A DNA stretch of 64,000 nucleotides from a virus: positions 66,120-130,119 of the IMG/VR virus record IMGVR_UViG_3300045988_182459. One strand, given 5' to 3'. A program made the translations under genes and the position numbers. Position 1 is the first letter of the stretch, and each line of letters opens with the position of its first letter. The notes beneath the pieces were generated by a model. It was given only the letters and a program-made list of their open reading frames with translations. It had not been told where the DNA came from and did no database searches. Below, in pieces: positions 1 to 11,222 of this stretch.

Positions 1-2
1 CG

Positions 3-161
3 TACAATGTTGATGATACAATTTCTGCTGGCGCAACAATCGCTACTACCGGCTACAGTGGCTATTGTCTTAGTAGTCATGGTGGAACGGGTGAACACTT
101 GCACCTTGAACTTTATTACGGCGAAACCCAAAAAGACCCTGAAATTGAGATGAGCAACTAA
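3..161 (+). CDS. C-terminal fragment of a peptidase M23-like protein (5' end outside window)
   Basis: In-frame ORF ending at TAA 159-161. The translation ...LSSHGGTGEHLHLELYYGE... resembles the M23 HLHxE zinc-binding motif. Confidence 0.4.
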   Translation, partial: YNVDDTISAGATIATTGYSGYCLSSHGGTGEHLHLELYYGETQKDPEIEMSN

Positions 162-177
162 CCAAAGAAAGGAGTAA

Positions 178-213
178 GGCCCCACCTGAGATAAAAGTGG
201 GGCCGCTTTTATT
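178..213 (+). terminator. rho-independent terminator after the upstream gene
   Basis: GGCCCCAC...GTGGGGCC stem followed by CTTTTATT. Confidence 0.45.
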
Positions 214-1620
214 ATGGACAACTTTATGAAAAGCGCCGCCATTTTGGGTGCTTGCCTTTGCTGTCTGACTGCTTGTAAAGGCAACAGCGGAAACGGCAGC
301 ACAAATGCTACCAGTTCCACTGCACCGACCCCGTCCATTCAAAGCACGCCTGAACCGTCTTCGAATCCCGATATTGGCGGTGATGTGGATACATCGGGCG
401 GCACCCAAATGAAGGATGGCGAAATCGTTCTGACCAAGTTGAATGTTAAGAGTCCAAACAATCTTGATTGCAACGGATACAAGGAAGTGAAAATGGGCGA
501 TGGCTCTCCTTTATATAAGGAGAAGGCTCAGGTAATTGAAAGCATGGGCTTGATTCCGTATACGGATGATAACGGAAACGGCCTTGAGATTTTCAGCGGC
601 CATACCGTATATCTGCGTCCGAACCCGGAATACATGGAGCCGGAAGAGACTCCCGTTCCTGACGATGAAGCCTCGGAAAGTGAGACTGTGGATGAGACGG
701 AGACTTTCTCCGATGACTCTGCGTCAAGTGAAGAATCCGATGGCACGGTTTTGGGCGTTGATGAGAAGGATATCGTTTCGGAATCCGGACACTTTGATGC
801 TGATGGGAACTATGTTGTCGATAGAGTGAGCACGACTGGATATGACGATTCGAACGGCTATAGCGTTGACGATGAATATTTGAAGTGCATTGTTTCCGGC
901 GAGGAAGTCTATGAGCTTGACAAGGATTCGCTTGCCATCGATTATCCGACAGATTTCTCACAGCTTCGAAAAGAAGGTTCTTGCGAGCGGCTTTACATCT
1001 TCAATTCTCAGGAAGAATACGACCAGGCAATCAAGAATCGAGAAGATGGTCAGGCTATCCTGAAAGGCGAAAAGACCGCTCCCACGAAATGCGTTATCTT
1101 GAACGGCTCTTTGGTTCCGGGCATGCACTTCTCCATCAATAGCGATGGCCGCTTGTGCGTTTCGGTTCGTGCGTTGGCTGAGGCTTATGACAGCAATACG
1201 CAGTATGCGGAAGACGCAGGTCTTCTCTATGTTCCCATCACTTATGGGCATTGGGAATATGTGCCGTCCGCAAGAGCTTTGACCAAAGCAAGCGAGTATT
1301 TTGAAATCCACGGTGACAGGAAAACCTTCAAATATACGTCGCGCAATACATCGGATGCCTGGACCGATACGATGACGCTGGCCCAAGATAATACGTTCAC
1401 AATGCCGATTGAAGACGTTTCGAGAATCTTTGGCTGGGAATTCTGGTACAACGATAATATTTTGAAGGTCGTCACGGATTCTCTTGACGATACAAACCCT
1501 AACAACTTTATCTTGCAGGAAGTGGATACGACCGTTACAGAAGGAGAAGTTGAGGGTTTGGATACTTCCGACAGCGAAGAAGAAACCGAAAACACTGACA
1601 GTGAGGTGGACAACCAGTGA
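214..1620 (+). CDS. secreted lipoprotein with a long acidic low-complexity region
   Basis: N-terminus MKSAAILGACLCCLTAC carries a lipobox. The central region is D/E/S-rich. The stop overlaps the next gene start (GTGA). Confidence 0.6.
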   Translation: MDNFMKSAAILGACLCCLTACKGNSGNGSTNATSSTAPTPSIQSTPEPSSNPDIGGDVDTSGGTQMKDGEIVLTKLNVKSPNNLDCNGYKEVKMGDGSPLYKEKAQVIESMGLIPYTDDNGNGLEIFSGHTVYLRPNPEYMEPEETPVPDDEASESETVDETETFSDDSASSEESDGTVLGVDEKDIVSESGHFDADGNYVVDRVSTTGYDDSNGYSVDDEYLKCIVSGEEVYELDKDSLAIDYPTDFSQLRKEGSCERLYIFNSQEEYDQAIKNREDGQAILKGEKTAPTKCVILNGSLVPGMHFSINSDGRLCVSVRALAEAYDSNTQYAEDAGLLYVPITYGHWEYVPSARALTKASEYFEIHGDRKTFKYTSRNTSDAWTDTMTLAQDNTFTMPIEDVSRIFGWEFWYNDNILKVVTDSLDDTNPNNFILQEVDTTVTEGEVEGLDTSDSEEETENTDSEVDNQ

Positions 1621-3785
1621 CCAAATGGAACGAATTCAAAACGAAAATTTTGATGCTGTCAAAGGGAGAAAAGCTCGTACTTTTGTTCTGCTTTTCCTTT
1701 CTTGTCAGTCTTTTCCCGGCAGGATGTATTGCAAAAGTCTTTGTCGGGGAATGGAATGCGGGGCTTTTGCGGGGCTTTATGCTTGCCCTGACGACCGGTT
1801 ACGGTATTGTGACGGCGCTTGTCTTTGCGTGCGCCATTACATTCGTTATTATCCGGTTTTCAGTCAATAACGCAGACCTCAACGCAACCAAAGAAGTTGA
1901 TGACCGTGGCGTTGCAACGTCTATGGCAGGCACATACGGCACAGCTCGCTGGATGAATGAAACGGAAGCCAAAAAAGTCTATGAGGTTGGTCCTGTCGAA
2001 AACGTAACGGGTACGATTCTTGGACAGTTCACGCAAGACGGTGAGGAAGTCATCGCGCTTCCTTTTGAACCTACCGGCAACCGAAACCTTATCCTTATCG
2101 GACCTCCGGGTTCAGGTAAGTCTTTTGGCTATGTCAGAACGGCGGTATTCCAATCTATTGTGCGTGGCGAATCGGTTGTAGTCACTGACCCGAAAGGCGA
2201 AATTCACAACGATATGCGTAAACTTTTGGAGTCCCGTGGTTATAAGGTCAAGGTCTTTAACCTTATCAATCTGGACCTTTCTAATGCATGGGATTGTGTC
2301 CAGGAAATTTATGACCCGATTACCGGCAACATTGATGACCAGCGTGTGATTACCTTCTGTAAAACCGTTATTGCGAACACCGGCGGCGGTGCAAACAGTA
2401 AGGGTGACCCGTTCTGGGAAAGCTCGGAAGAAAACTTGTTCCGCGTTGCTGTTTCCTATTGTGCGTATATCCGTGAAAAGAGCTTGATTGAGATTTATGA
2501 GCGCCGTGCAAAAGAGCTTTTGACTCAGCTGCCGTATATCACTCAGGAAGATGAGCAATCTCTGATTGAGATTGTAAAGAATCCGGAATCTGCAATGGTG
2601 GATAGACGCCGGGTTGTCGAATACCTTGCTCATTCGTTCTACGGTGATGAGGAAGGGGACAGGAAGCTTTCTGAATGGGAAGAAGATGCTCCGACCTGTA
2701 ACATCTCTGATATCTATGACGCTCTGCTTCACAACGACCTTGATAAGTGGGAAGCAAACTTCAAGTATGTACCGCTGAGCCATCCGGCCGCATCTGCATG
2801 GGCAGTGTTTAAGGGTATGGGTGAGCGCGTACAGCCCAACATTGTTGGCGGCTTGAATACTCGACTCCAGCTGTTCATGACCTACAAGGTTCGCCGCGTT
2901 ATCAGTAACGATGACATTCGCCTGGCAAATCTTGGCGCGGAAAAAACCGCATTGTTCCTTATCATTTCCGATGATAACGCTTCTATGCAGCTGCTTTCCT
3001 CTCTGCTTTTGAGCTTCCTGTTCAAAGACCTGAAAGAAGCTTTCGATGCAGTTGGTGGTGAAGGACGCATCCCGGTCAACGTTGTTGCGGACGAGTTGGC
3101 AAACACTGGCGTCTGGCCGAACTTTGAAAAGACGATTGCTACTGCACGCTCTCGTAAGATTGCAGTTTCCCTCATTTTGCAGAGTTTGCCGCAGTTGACT
3201 CAGTTGTACGGCGAGGAAAACGCCGAAACTATCATCGGCTGCTGCAATACGATGCTGGTTCTGGGCTGTAATGATAAGTATACAGCCGAATATATTTCCG
3301 ATAAGAGTGGCATTGTTACGATTCGCGCCAAGAGCGTCAGCGATACTCGTGCTTCCTCTGCCGGAAATCGCGGCGTGATGCAAGGGTATTCGCTCAGTGA
3401 AGGCGACGGCAAACGCAATCTTGTGAACCCTGATGAAGTTCAGCATTTGGACAAGGAACAGATTTTGATTATGACGAATGGCCAGAACATGTTGGAAGCC
3501 AAGCGCTTCGGATTTATTCATCATCCTCTGTTCAATGACCCGCATTTTGTCCCCACCAAATGGGCAGAACTTCCGAAAACCGCAGACCTTTATCCTAATG
3601 CCCGCAAACACGACGCAATTGAATCCCGTGAATCGTCGTTCGGTGATATCCAGCGCCAGAAAGAAATCAATACAGATATTACGCAGAAGCGTTCCGAAGA
3701 GCGCATGAAACCGCGTTTGTCCAAGAAAGATTTGCTGGCTACGGATGAACCTGCTCCCAAAAAGAAAAACGCATTCAAAAAATAA
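1617..3785 (+). CDS. type IV secretion coupling protein (TraG/VirD4/TcpA-like T4CP)
   Basis: N-terminal TM helices. Walker A LILIGPPGSGKS. 722 aa. Sits upstream of a VirB4-like ATPase. GTG start overlaps the upstream stop. Confidence 0.85.
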   Translation: MTKWNEFKTKILMLSKGEKLVLLFCFSFLVSLFPAGCIAKVFVGEWNAGLLRGFMLALTTGYGIVTALVFACAITFVIIRFSVNNADLNATKEVDDRGVATSMAGTYGTARWMNETEAKKVYEVGPVENVTGTILGQFTQDGEEVIALPFEPTGNRNLILIGPPGSGKSFGYVRTAVFQSIVRGESVVVTDPKGEIHNDMRKLLESRGYKVKVFNLINLDLSNAWDCVQEIYDPITGNIDDQRVITFCKTVIANTGGGANSKGDPFWESSEENLFRVAVSYCAYIREKSLIEIYERRAKELLTQLPYITQEDEQSLIEIVKNPESAMVDRRRVVEYLAHSFYGDEEGDRKLSEWEEDAPTCNISDIYDALLHNDLDKWEANFKYVPLSHPAASAWAVFKGMGERVQPNIVGGLNTRLQLFMTYKVRRVISNDDIRLANLGAEKTALFLIISDDNASMQLLSSLLLSFLFKDLKEAFDAVGGEGRIPVNVVADELANTGVWPNFEKTIATARSRKIAVSLILQSLPQLTQLYGEENAETIIGCCNTMLVLGCNDKYTAEYISDKSGIVTIRAKSVSDTRASSAGNRGVMQGYSLSEGDGKRNLVNPDEVQHLDKEQILIMTNGQNMLEAKRFGFIHHPLFNDPHFVPTKWAELPKTADLYPNARKHDAIESRESSFGDIQRQKEINTDITQKRSEERMKPRLSKKDLLATDEPAPKKKNAFKK

Positions 3786-3986
3786 ATAGTTTGTTCCTTA
3801 ACCCCTGGTTACTGATTGTGTGACCGGAGGTTTTCTTTTTCCCTGATTCGCTCCATGCGGGTCAGGAACCACACAAATCGACAGCCTCCGCGCGGCGTGT
3901 GGTGGACAGTGCCCGAATCCTGCTACCGGGCAGCGACAAATGTCGATAATCTCATATTTCTTTTTAATACAAAGGAGACAAATACC

Positions 3987-5123
3987 ATGAACGAAAATGA
4001 AATGCTGAATCCCACTGCCGTTGAAACCAATGAAGCTGCTGTCGCTGCTGCGCCTGGAGAAAATGTAAACGCCGCGCCGGTATCTGAACCGCAGGAACCG
4101 AAAGAGGCTACCGAAGCAGCTCCCGCCGATGAGGGCGTTGACGAAGAAGTCAATGAGGTTCCTCGTGCGACTCGCCGCTTCAATGATGATGACTTGGCGA
4201 TTGGTGCTTTCATTGATGACGGCAACGATATGCTGCATGTCGATATGCCCGAAGACCGCCGCGCTCGTGACCTGGCTGAGATGCGCCGCTGCGTTGCTGA
4301 CAACAAGCACGGTCCTCGACGCTTCCTGCAGGGCAAGGTCTTTGGCGTTCGCCCGGTTCAGAACGGCAGCGCTGTCGTTGAAGTGAGCCGTGGCACGCTG
4401 CGCGTCATGATTCCGGCAGAGGACTTCTTCTACTTCAGTCTGATGAAGGGCATTGAGGAGAACGATGCGACTACCCGGCAGCGCCGTTATCTGCGTAAGG
4501 CAAAGCTGATGAATGGCGCTATCATCAACTTCTGCCCGTACATGGAAGCCAAGTCTGAGGATGGCGAGGTCGTATTCGCTGGCTCTCGTCAGGACGCTAT
4601 GCAGCTCCAGCGCAACCGTCACTTCTTTGGCCGTAATGCGGATGTTCAGAACGGCTCCCGCGCTATCGCTTCTATTCTGTCCAGCGGCCCGGATTACGTC
4701 ATCGCTGAAGCTCTGGGCGTTGAGACCAGCATCGGTGCTGGTGCTCTGTCTGCTTACGAGTATATCGATGATGTATCCAAGAAGTTTCATGTCGGTGAAG
4801 GCATTCCCGTGGTTATCGAAGACCTGAACGTGGATAACGAAAATGGCACTGTCAGCCTGCGCATGAACCGCGCTATCCTGGAACGCCGCGCTAATCCCGC
4901 AATGAACATCCACAGCCTGGCTCGCAACGGCGCTTACGGTGCTACCGTGACTTCCGTTCAGGACAACTACTACCGCCTGATTGTGGATGTTGGCAACATT
5001 CAGGCTCGCGTTGCTCGTACCGCTTCCGATGAACTGCTGACTCGCGGCGACCGCGTGACGCTGCTTGTCTACGGTTACGACGATAAGCGCAACTACGTTT
5101 GGGGCGCTTGCCATAAGGCGTAA
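3987..5123 (+). CDS. hypothetical protein, acidic N-terminus, possible repeated S1/OB-like segments
   Basis: RBS AAAGGAGAC 8 nt before ATG 3987. Coding-like composition and notably GC-rich. The long antisense ORF 3798..5138 is treated as a shadow of this gene. Confidence 0.55.
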   Translation: MNENEMLNPTAVETNEAAVAAAPGENVNAAPVSEPQEPKEATEAAPADEGVDEEVNEVPRATRRFNDDDLAIGAFIDDGNDMLHVDMPEDRRARDLAEMRRCVADNKHGPRRFLQGKVFGVRPVQNGSAVVEVSRGTLRVMIPAEDFFYFSLMKGIEENDATTRQRRYLRKAKLMNGAIINFCPYMEAKSEDGEVVFAGSRQDAMQLQRNRHFFGRNADVQNGSRAIASILSSGPDYVIAEALGVETSIGAGALSAYEYIDDVSKKFHVGEGIPVVIEDLNVDNENGTVSLRMNRAILERRANPAMNIHSLARNGAYGATVTSVQDNYYRLIVDVGNIQARVARTASDELLTRGDRVTLLVYGYDDKRNYVWGACHKA

Positions 5124-5617
5124 CTGAAACCCGGCCACTTACTTTTTCTGGCGAGTGGCCGGATACCGCGCATTGTCATCAGCCTTCTCGCGGCGCGTGG
5201 TGAGCAACTGCAAAAATTGCAGGCCAATGATGACTCTTGTTGAAAATGAATTTATTAAGTGGTGACGAGGTGATTTTTTGTGAGTAGGTGTGCGAATATG
5301 CGGTCGGGAATGTTTCATACGACAATAAATGACACAGAAATTTTTGTTACGTGCAGTATAAATGGGCCATGCGTCAAACTGACGGTCTCTGCGTTCTTTG
5401 AAAGTGATTTATCTGATATTTGCAGTCAGATGCAGGCAATGAAAAGCGAGCCGGTTTTGCTTTCAATGGATGTCTATAAAAACGGTACAGTAGCAAACAT
5501 CAGCGCTATTGGATTATTGTCCAGAAAAGAAAAGGAAGACCAGAATATGCTGATGCAGCTATATCGTAATTGCTGCGCCGCAATGCTTGTATTGGCTCGG
5601 CAAAAGGGGGAAGAAGC

Positions 5618-6955
5618 ATGAGTAAAGAAGAGCAGAAGCCAAATATTTATCAAATCCCCAAAAACTCGTTTGATACCGGGTATGTGTTGAACGGACAATT
5701 CAAAACTCGAAACTTCGTTGAAGGTATCATCCTGGCACTACCGTTCTTGGGAATTTTCATTTATGGATGGCATGATTTGGGATGGGATGTACAAAGTACC
5801 GTGGCCTATTGCGCAATACTCTGTGCTGCTGCTTTCCTTGGTGCAGCTCATGGTGTTGGCGGCGATAGCTTGTTTGAGTTTATTCAACGTGTTATCCGTT
5901 TCCGGCAAAGTCGCAGAATCTCAAAATACAATCCTCGTATCAAAACCGAACTTGAACCGGAATATCTGATTCATGACGGGCGGATGCTCCCGAAAGACAA
6001 GCTCAAGCAAATGCTTGGCACTGTAAAGGGAAAAGTTCTTGGTGAAGAGAATGGTCCTATCAGTTCCGACATTACAGATGAAGAGCTCAAAGTCTTCTAC
6101 GATGATGACTATGGGTTCCTGGAAAAACCGGATGCCCTCAAATCTAAAGCAGAACTCCGTGCTGAAGCAAAACAGCGTGCGAAAGAAGAGAAGGAATACA
6201 TTAACTCTTTGCCCCGTTCTGAACGCAAGGCTGCCAGAGAAGAAATCAAGCGTAAGCGTGAACAGGAAGAGGCTGAGAAGAAGGCAAAAGAAGCAGAGCG
6301 CGAACGCATTATTAACGAAGCTATTAAGAAGCGTCTGGATAAAGCCGAGCGTGTTAAGACCGCACAGTATTACGAAAAGTTCATGGACCCCGACAATGAG
6401 CAGGAAAATGACAAGCCGGAAGAGAATAACGCTGAACTGAATCCTCAGACTGTAGAGTTCAAGCCCATCACTATAGGGCCGAGCAATAATGCGGTTCAGG
6501 ATGATGTCGATATCTTTGACAGTGAAGAAAGCATCGACACCGATGAAGTAGAAGCGAATGTGGAAGCAGATGCGGATACAGAGCTGTTTGAGGACGGCAC
6601 TGATACCGATATCCAAGTCCCGCAGATTGATGATGTAGTCTTTGACGATGAAGCGGAAGTACTTGACGTCGATGAGGACTTGGATGACTTATCGGTTGAT
6701 ATCCAGGATACTCAGTCTGCACAGCCCGCAAAGCAGGGCAGGGGACAAGTCGTGAACAGCGATGACGATGTCAGCTTGGATGATGTAGACCTTTTCGATG
6801 ACAGCACGGTCAGCCGCACAGAGGAAAGACCTCAGAACGTCAAAACCTCTGGAAAGACGATGGGCTCGCAAAAGCAGCCGCAGACCACACAGAACAACAG
6901 CGATATTGATTATATGTCCTTGAATGACATTTCTATCTTTGATAGTGAGGAGTGA
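5618..6955 (+). CDS. PrgI/VirB3-like T4SS membrane protein with a long K/E-rich and acidic C-terminal tail
   Basis: RBS AAAGGGGG. N-terminus ...YQIPKNSFDTGYVLNGQFKTRNFVEGIILALPFLGIFIYGW has two TM segments, as in the PrgI family. Lies immediately upstream of VirB4. Confidence 0.55.
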   Translation: MSKEEQKPNIYQIPKNSFDTGYVLNGQFKTRNFVEGIILALPFLGIFIYGWHDLGWDVQSTVAYCAILCAAAFLGAAHGVGGDSLFEFIQRVIRFRQSRRISKYNPRIKTELEPEYLIHDGRMLPKDKLKQMLGTVKGKVLGEENGPISSDITDEELKVFYDDDYGFLEKPDALKSKAELRAEAKQRAKEEKEYINSLPRSERKAAREEIKRKREQEEAEKKAKEAERERIINEAIKKRLDKAERVKTAQYYEKFMDPDNEQENDKPEENNAELNPQTVEFKPITIGPSNNAVQDDVDIFDSEESIDTDEVEANVEADADTELFEDGTDTDIQVPQIDDVVFDDEAEVLDVDEDLDDLSVDIQDTQSAQPAKQGRGQVVNSDDDVSLDDVDLFDDSTVSRTEERPQNVKTSGKTMGSQKQPQTTQNNSDIDYMSLNDISIFDSEE

Positions 6956-6960
6956 AGCCT

Positions 6961-9621
6961 ATGTTTCGATTCAAAAATGGCGGAGAAATCCCCCACGGTG
7001 TTGTGGAACAGAGTATCGGTACAATCCCGCTGACGAAAAAGGAACGCGATGAAATCGCCAAAGAAGAGCGGCGGCGGATGAATCAAAAGCTGGAAGCTCA
7101 GAATGAGCGCTATCAAATCATTCGAAGCACACAGCGTATCATCCCTATTGAGGATATTTACGGCGGCATTGTTGTGACAAAGGACCACCGATATATCAAA
7201 ATCATGGAATTTCGCCCTATCAACTTTGCCTATATGGACGCGGAAACTCAAAACCGTATTATTTCGCTTTTCTATCAAACGTTCAAAGCAACTCCCTGCA
7301 ATATCCAGTTCAAAACCTTTTCTCGTAAAGCTGATGTTGAGAATTCAATCGCGACCGTGACGGACTATTACAAAGCAGAAAAGAATCCGAGTCGTAAGCG
7401 AATGCTGCAGGCATACATCGGATTGCTTCGTAAGACGGCTTTGTCCGTTGGTATTACCCGTCGCTTCTTTGTGGTCGTAGAATTCCAGCGCACTATTAGT
7501 AACGATGGTTCTAAATTTGAAATGGTTGTGGCCGACTTGAATGCCGTTGCGGCAAACGTCCGCTCTCACATGGAACAGTGTGGTAATATCTTTATTCCTG
7601 CACTTGGTAACCCTGACGGAAACGAGGACGCAGGTCTACACCAGCTTTTTTACCAGCTCTTGAACCGTAGAAAAAGCGAGACCATCACGTTCAAGCAACA
7701 CATGGACCCCATTGTGGACCGTTATTTTGAAGCCGAAAAGAATGGCGTTAAGACGTCTTTGCAGGCAACGGAACTGATTGCTCCAGACTGGATTGACTTT
7801 ACGCATCACGATTACATTGTCATTGATGGCAAGTTTTATACTTTCGCTTACATTCCCTCGAACGGGTTCAGCCAGCGTGTCTATGCGGGCTGGGTGGCTA
7901 CGTTCGTAAATGCTGGTGAAGGCATTGACGTCGATATGTTCTTTGAGCACATGTCCCGTGAAGCTGTCTTCAATAAAATCAGTACACAGCTTCGTCTGAG
8001 CCGTGCAAACGCCATGGACAGTCACGATACTGACTCTGACTATCAGGCGCGTATGGAAAAAATTTCGTCCAGTGAATATATGCTGCGCGGCCTTTCCAGC
8101 GGCGAAGAGTTCTATTACCTGTCAATGCTCATCACTATCGTGGCAGATACAAAGAAGGAACTCGATTATAAGTTCGATGCTTTGAAAAAGCGTATCGAAG
8201 GTCAGAGCATGAAGATTCGCCGTGCGGATTTCATGATGGAAGAATGCTTCGATTCCTGCCTGCTTCCTCTTGCGAAAATCAATAAGGAGCTGGCAAAGAA
8301 ATCTCATCGCAATCTTCTGACTTCGGGTGTTGCATCCTGCTATCCGTTCATCTCGTTTGAAATGCAGGACCCGGGCGGCGTTATGGTCGGTACAAACCAT
8401 GTCAACAACTCTCTGGTCACCATCGATATGTTTGATACCCGTGCTCATGCAAACGCAAACGCCGTTATCCTGGGCTCTTCCGGCTACGGCAAGACTTTCA
8501 CCGCACAGCTGTTCGCACTACGCTTGTCTGAGATGGACACGCAAGTGTTTATCATCTCTCCTCTGAAAGGTTTGGAGGACTACGGCGGCGGTTGTAAGGC
8601 AATCAATGGTCAGTTCGTCTCCATGGACCCCTCTTCGGACAACAACATCAACATCATGGACATTCGCGCTCCTGACGATGAGGACGCAAAACTGCTGGAT
8701 GATTATGAGGCTTCTGGCTCCTTCTTGACCAAAAAGATTCACACGATTCTTTCGTTCCTGCACCTGGTTGTTCGCAATATGACGCAGGAAGAAGAGCAGC
8801 TGATTGACGGCTGCCTGTATGCGACATACGCAAAGTTCGGCATTACCCGTGATAACAACTCTATCTACGATAAAGATGGCAACTATAAGGTGATGCCGCT
8901 GTTGGAAGATTTGCAGGAAGAAATGAGAAAAAAACCTGAACTGCATACCGTCTGCAACATCTTAAATCCGCTAATTAACGGTTCTATGGCTTGCTTCAAT
9001 CACCACACCAACGTGGACCTTGACTCCAAGTACATCGTATTTGACTTCAATGGCATGAAAGGCTCTTTGCTTACCATGTCTATGTTCGTGGTTCTGGACT
9101 TTGTCTGGACGAAAATCAAAGAGGACCGTACACAGCGCAAAGCCGTATTTATTGACGAATGCTGGAAATTGATTGGTACTGACTCCAACGAGCAGGCAGC
9201 TGAAGACGTTGTTGAAATCTTCCGTACGATTCGTGCTTATGGCGGTTCCGCTTTTGCTATGACTCAGGATATTTCTCAGTTCTACGAATACAAGGGCGGC
9301 AAATACGGCAAGGCAATTATTGGTAACGCCGATACCAAAATCATCATGCACCTGATTCCGTCCGAAGCAAAAGCCCTTCAGGAAGCCATTCAGCTGACCA
9401 GCGTTGAGATGGAAGCGGTATCCAGCCTGCCGCGTGGTCAAGGTCTGGTTTGCTCTGCATCCGCAAAACTGTTCGTTGATTTTGTGGCCGATGACTATGA
9501 AGCCAAGGAAATCACAACCGATGCTAAGTCCTTCTACGAACGCCGCAAGGCTCTGGAAAAGAAAAAGCGGGAAGAAGAAGAGAAGGCGGCGGAAAATACC
9601 GTCATCGATGTTGAAATGTGA
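6961..9621 (+). CDS. VirB4/TrsE/TcpF-family conjugal transfer ATPase
   Basis: RBS GAGGAG 9 nt upstream. Walker A AVILGSSGYGKTF. Roughly 886 aa, a typical VirB4 size and position. Confidence 0.9.
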   Translation: MFRFKNGGEIPHGVVEQSIGTIPLTKKERDEIAKEERRRMNQKLEAQNERYQIIRSTQRIIPIEDIYGGIVVTKDHRYIKIMEFRPINFAYMDAETQNRIISLFYQTFKATPCNIQFKTFSRKADVENSIATVTDYYKAEKNPSRKRMLQAYIGLLRKTALSVGITRRFFVVVEFQRTISNDGSKFEMVVADLNAVAANVRSHMEQCGNIFIPALGNPDGNEDAGLHQLFYQLLNRRKSETITFKQHMDPIVDRYFEAEKNGVKTSLQATELIAPDWIDFTHHDYIVIDGKFYTFAYIPSNGFSQRVYAGWVATFVNAGEGIDVDMFFEHMSREAVFNKISTQLRLSRANAMDSHDTDSDYQARMEKISSSEYMLRGLSSGEEFYYLSMLITIVADTKKELDYKFDALKKRIEGQSMKIRRADFMMEECFDSCLLPLAKINKELAKKSHRNLLTSGVASCYPFISFEMQDPGGVMVGTNHVNNSLVTIDMFDTRAHANANAVILGSSGYGKTFTAQLFALRLSEMDTQVFIISPLKGLEDYGGGCKAINGQFVSMDPSSDNNINIMDIRAPDDEDAKLLDDYEASGSFLTKKIHTILSFLHLVVRNMTQEEEQLIDGCLYATYAKFGITRDNNSIYDKDGNYKVMPLLEDLQEEMRKKPELHTVCNILNPLINGSMACFNHHTNVDLDSKYIVFDFNGMKGSLLTMSMFVVLDFVWTKIKEDRTQRKAVFIDECWKLIGTDSNEQAAEDVVEIFRTIRAYGGSAFAMTQDISQFYEYKGGKYGKAIIGNADTKIIMHLIPSEAKALQEAIQLTSVEMEAVSSLPRGQGLVCSASAKLFVDFVADDYEAKEITTDAKSFYERRKALEKKKREEEEKAAENTVIDVEM

Positions 9622-9875
9622 TATTTGAAACGTCAAAATGAGGCGAAGGAGCGCTGATTATTATAAAGAATGATACATTTTGAGTAAAGCTGTGAATGTA
9701 CACGTTAAAATGTGTTCATTTTGCACTTTCAAAATGTGTCATTCTTTTTCTTTTATCCATAAAAAGGCACAATTCAATTTCACGTAAGCACAACGCTAAT
9801 GCGTTTAATTTATGGTTCACAAACGGCAAAAGAACACATTGGTTCATTTTGCTAGAAATGAAAGGAGACATTTGT

Positions 9876-10466
9876 ATGTCTGAGATTCACAATTCCGATA
9901 TCCGCGAACTGCTGGATGCCATCCCCGTTATTCCCAATGAACTGATGGCCGAGTATCTCACTCGTCAATATCAGGTCAGCAAAAATATGGCACAGGAAAT
10001 CATTTACAACGCCTGCCGTAAAGGCTCCAACCGCCGTCCGGCTTGCTATCCTACCAAAGAAGGGTTGGCGAAAGCCGATTACATCACGATGACGAGCAGT
10101 ATCCGCAAGCGCTGCCGTGCTTTCCGCGTTGCATGTGAATTTTTGCCGGAGAGTCGTAATTTTACGATTCCCAGCGGCACTCCCTGGCTGTTGAGCTTCT
10201 GCTTCGATGGCAGTGTCTACTATGTTTGTGAATTTGAACGTGGCAACGAACTTATTTTGGGAGACACGATTCGGAGCCTTGGCATTCGTGAGGATATGAT
10301 GCCGGTCACTTCCCGTATCGCAATCCTGGCCCCCGGCGCAAATCGAAAGCTTCTGAGTGAATGCGGGATTCGTTATTTCTGCATGGTCAGCGACAACTAT
10401 GACCTGAATGTGACGGAACAAATTGACGACGAGGATGTTTGGAATGGCGTTCCCATCATTAAATGA
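9876..10466 (+). CDS. hypothetical protein
   Basis: RBS AAAGGAGAC before ATG 9876. No recognisable motif. Confidence 0.5.
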   Translation: MSEIHNSDIRELLDAIPVIPNELMAEYLTRQYQVSKNMAQEIIYNACRKGSNRRPACYPTKEGLAKADYITMTSSIRKRCRAFRVACEFLPESRNFTIPSGTPWLLSFCFDGSVYYVCEFERGNELILGDTIRSLGIREDMMPVTSRIAILAPGANRKLLSECGIRYFCMVSDNYDLNVTEQIDDEDVWNGVPIIK

Positions 10467-11211
10467 TTATAAACGTTGCATCGATAAAAACGATGTCAAA
10501 CGCAACGCCGGTGATGATGCCCCTGAAGCCGAATATCAAGCCCCGGTTTTGTACAATGCATCGACAAAGTTCGTAAAAAGCAAGCTCAAAAAGGCAGTGG
10601 ATGCTTTGAAATCGGTTCCGGATGATGTTCCCTTGAAAAAGCTGCCGGATTCCATTCGCAATGATGTCTCGATTGAGATTCTTAAAGCCGAGCGGTCAAT
10701 CCTTGTCTCATTTGAGAGTGATGAAGCCCCTGCACCGTATCAGCGGAAAAACATTGCAACGTTAATTCCAAACGATTTCTGTATGGTTTCTATCCCTCAA
10801 AATGGCTTTCTCAAGCTCCGGTTTTCTTCCTTTTTGCCGCCTTTTCAGCATGAGTGGTACAGCCGCAAGGCAAAGGCGAAAGACGCTGCTGGGCAGTATT
10901 ATCTTGATGCCGAATTCGATTACATCACGGAGGCTGCTATCAAGGCATTTATCGCTCAAAATGGGCCAATCAACCTGCCTTCCGAACAGCTTTTTCTCGT
11001 GTTTTGTCGCGGCGTTTCACCCGCGAAAAAGACCCCGATTGACAGCAACAATGTCTATACGGGAGCCATCACAAACGCCATTTGTAGGGTGCTCCAACAC
11101 GGTGATGGATGGGATATGATGAGTTTCCTTTACACTGCAATTCCAACCGAATCTGACCCGTATTTGGAAGTGATTCTTTGCTCAAAAGCCGACCTCTTCC
11201 ATTGGCTTTAA
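10423..11211 (+). CDS. hypothetical protein
   Basis: ORF overlapping the upstream gene end. No recognisable motif. Confidence 0.45.
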   Translation: MTTRMFGMAFPSLNDYKRCIDKNDVKRNAGDDAPEAEYQAPVLYNASTKFVKSKLKKAVDALKSVPDDVPLKKLPDSIRNDVSIEILKAERSILVSFESDEAPAPYQRKNIATLIPNDFCMVSIPQNGFLKLRFSSFLPPFQHEWYSRKAKAKDAAGQYYLDAEFDYITEAAIKAFIAQNGPINLPSEQLFLVFCRGVSPAKKTPIDSNNVYTGAITNAICRVLQHGDGWDMMSFLYTAIPTESDPYLEVILCSKADLFHWL

Positions 11212-11222
11212 CATAGTCCGGT

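Noticed and set aside
3798-5138. Long antisense ORFs (for example 3798..5138 -, 2112..3611 -, 31373..32668 -, 38125..39351 -, 49308..50582 +, 61890..63080 -, 24956..25843 -)
   Set aside because: Each fully overlaps a gene with recognisable motifs, an RBS and operon context on the other strand. Their translations are low-complexity and R/S/H-rich, as expected for shadow ORFs.
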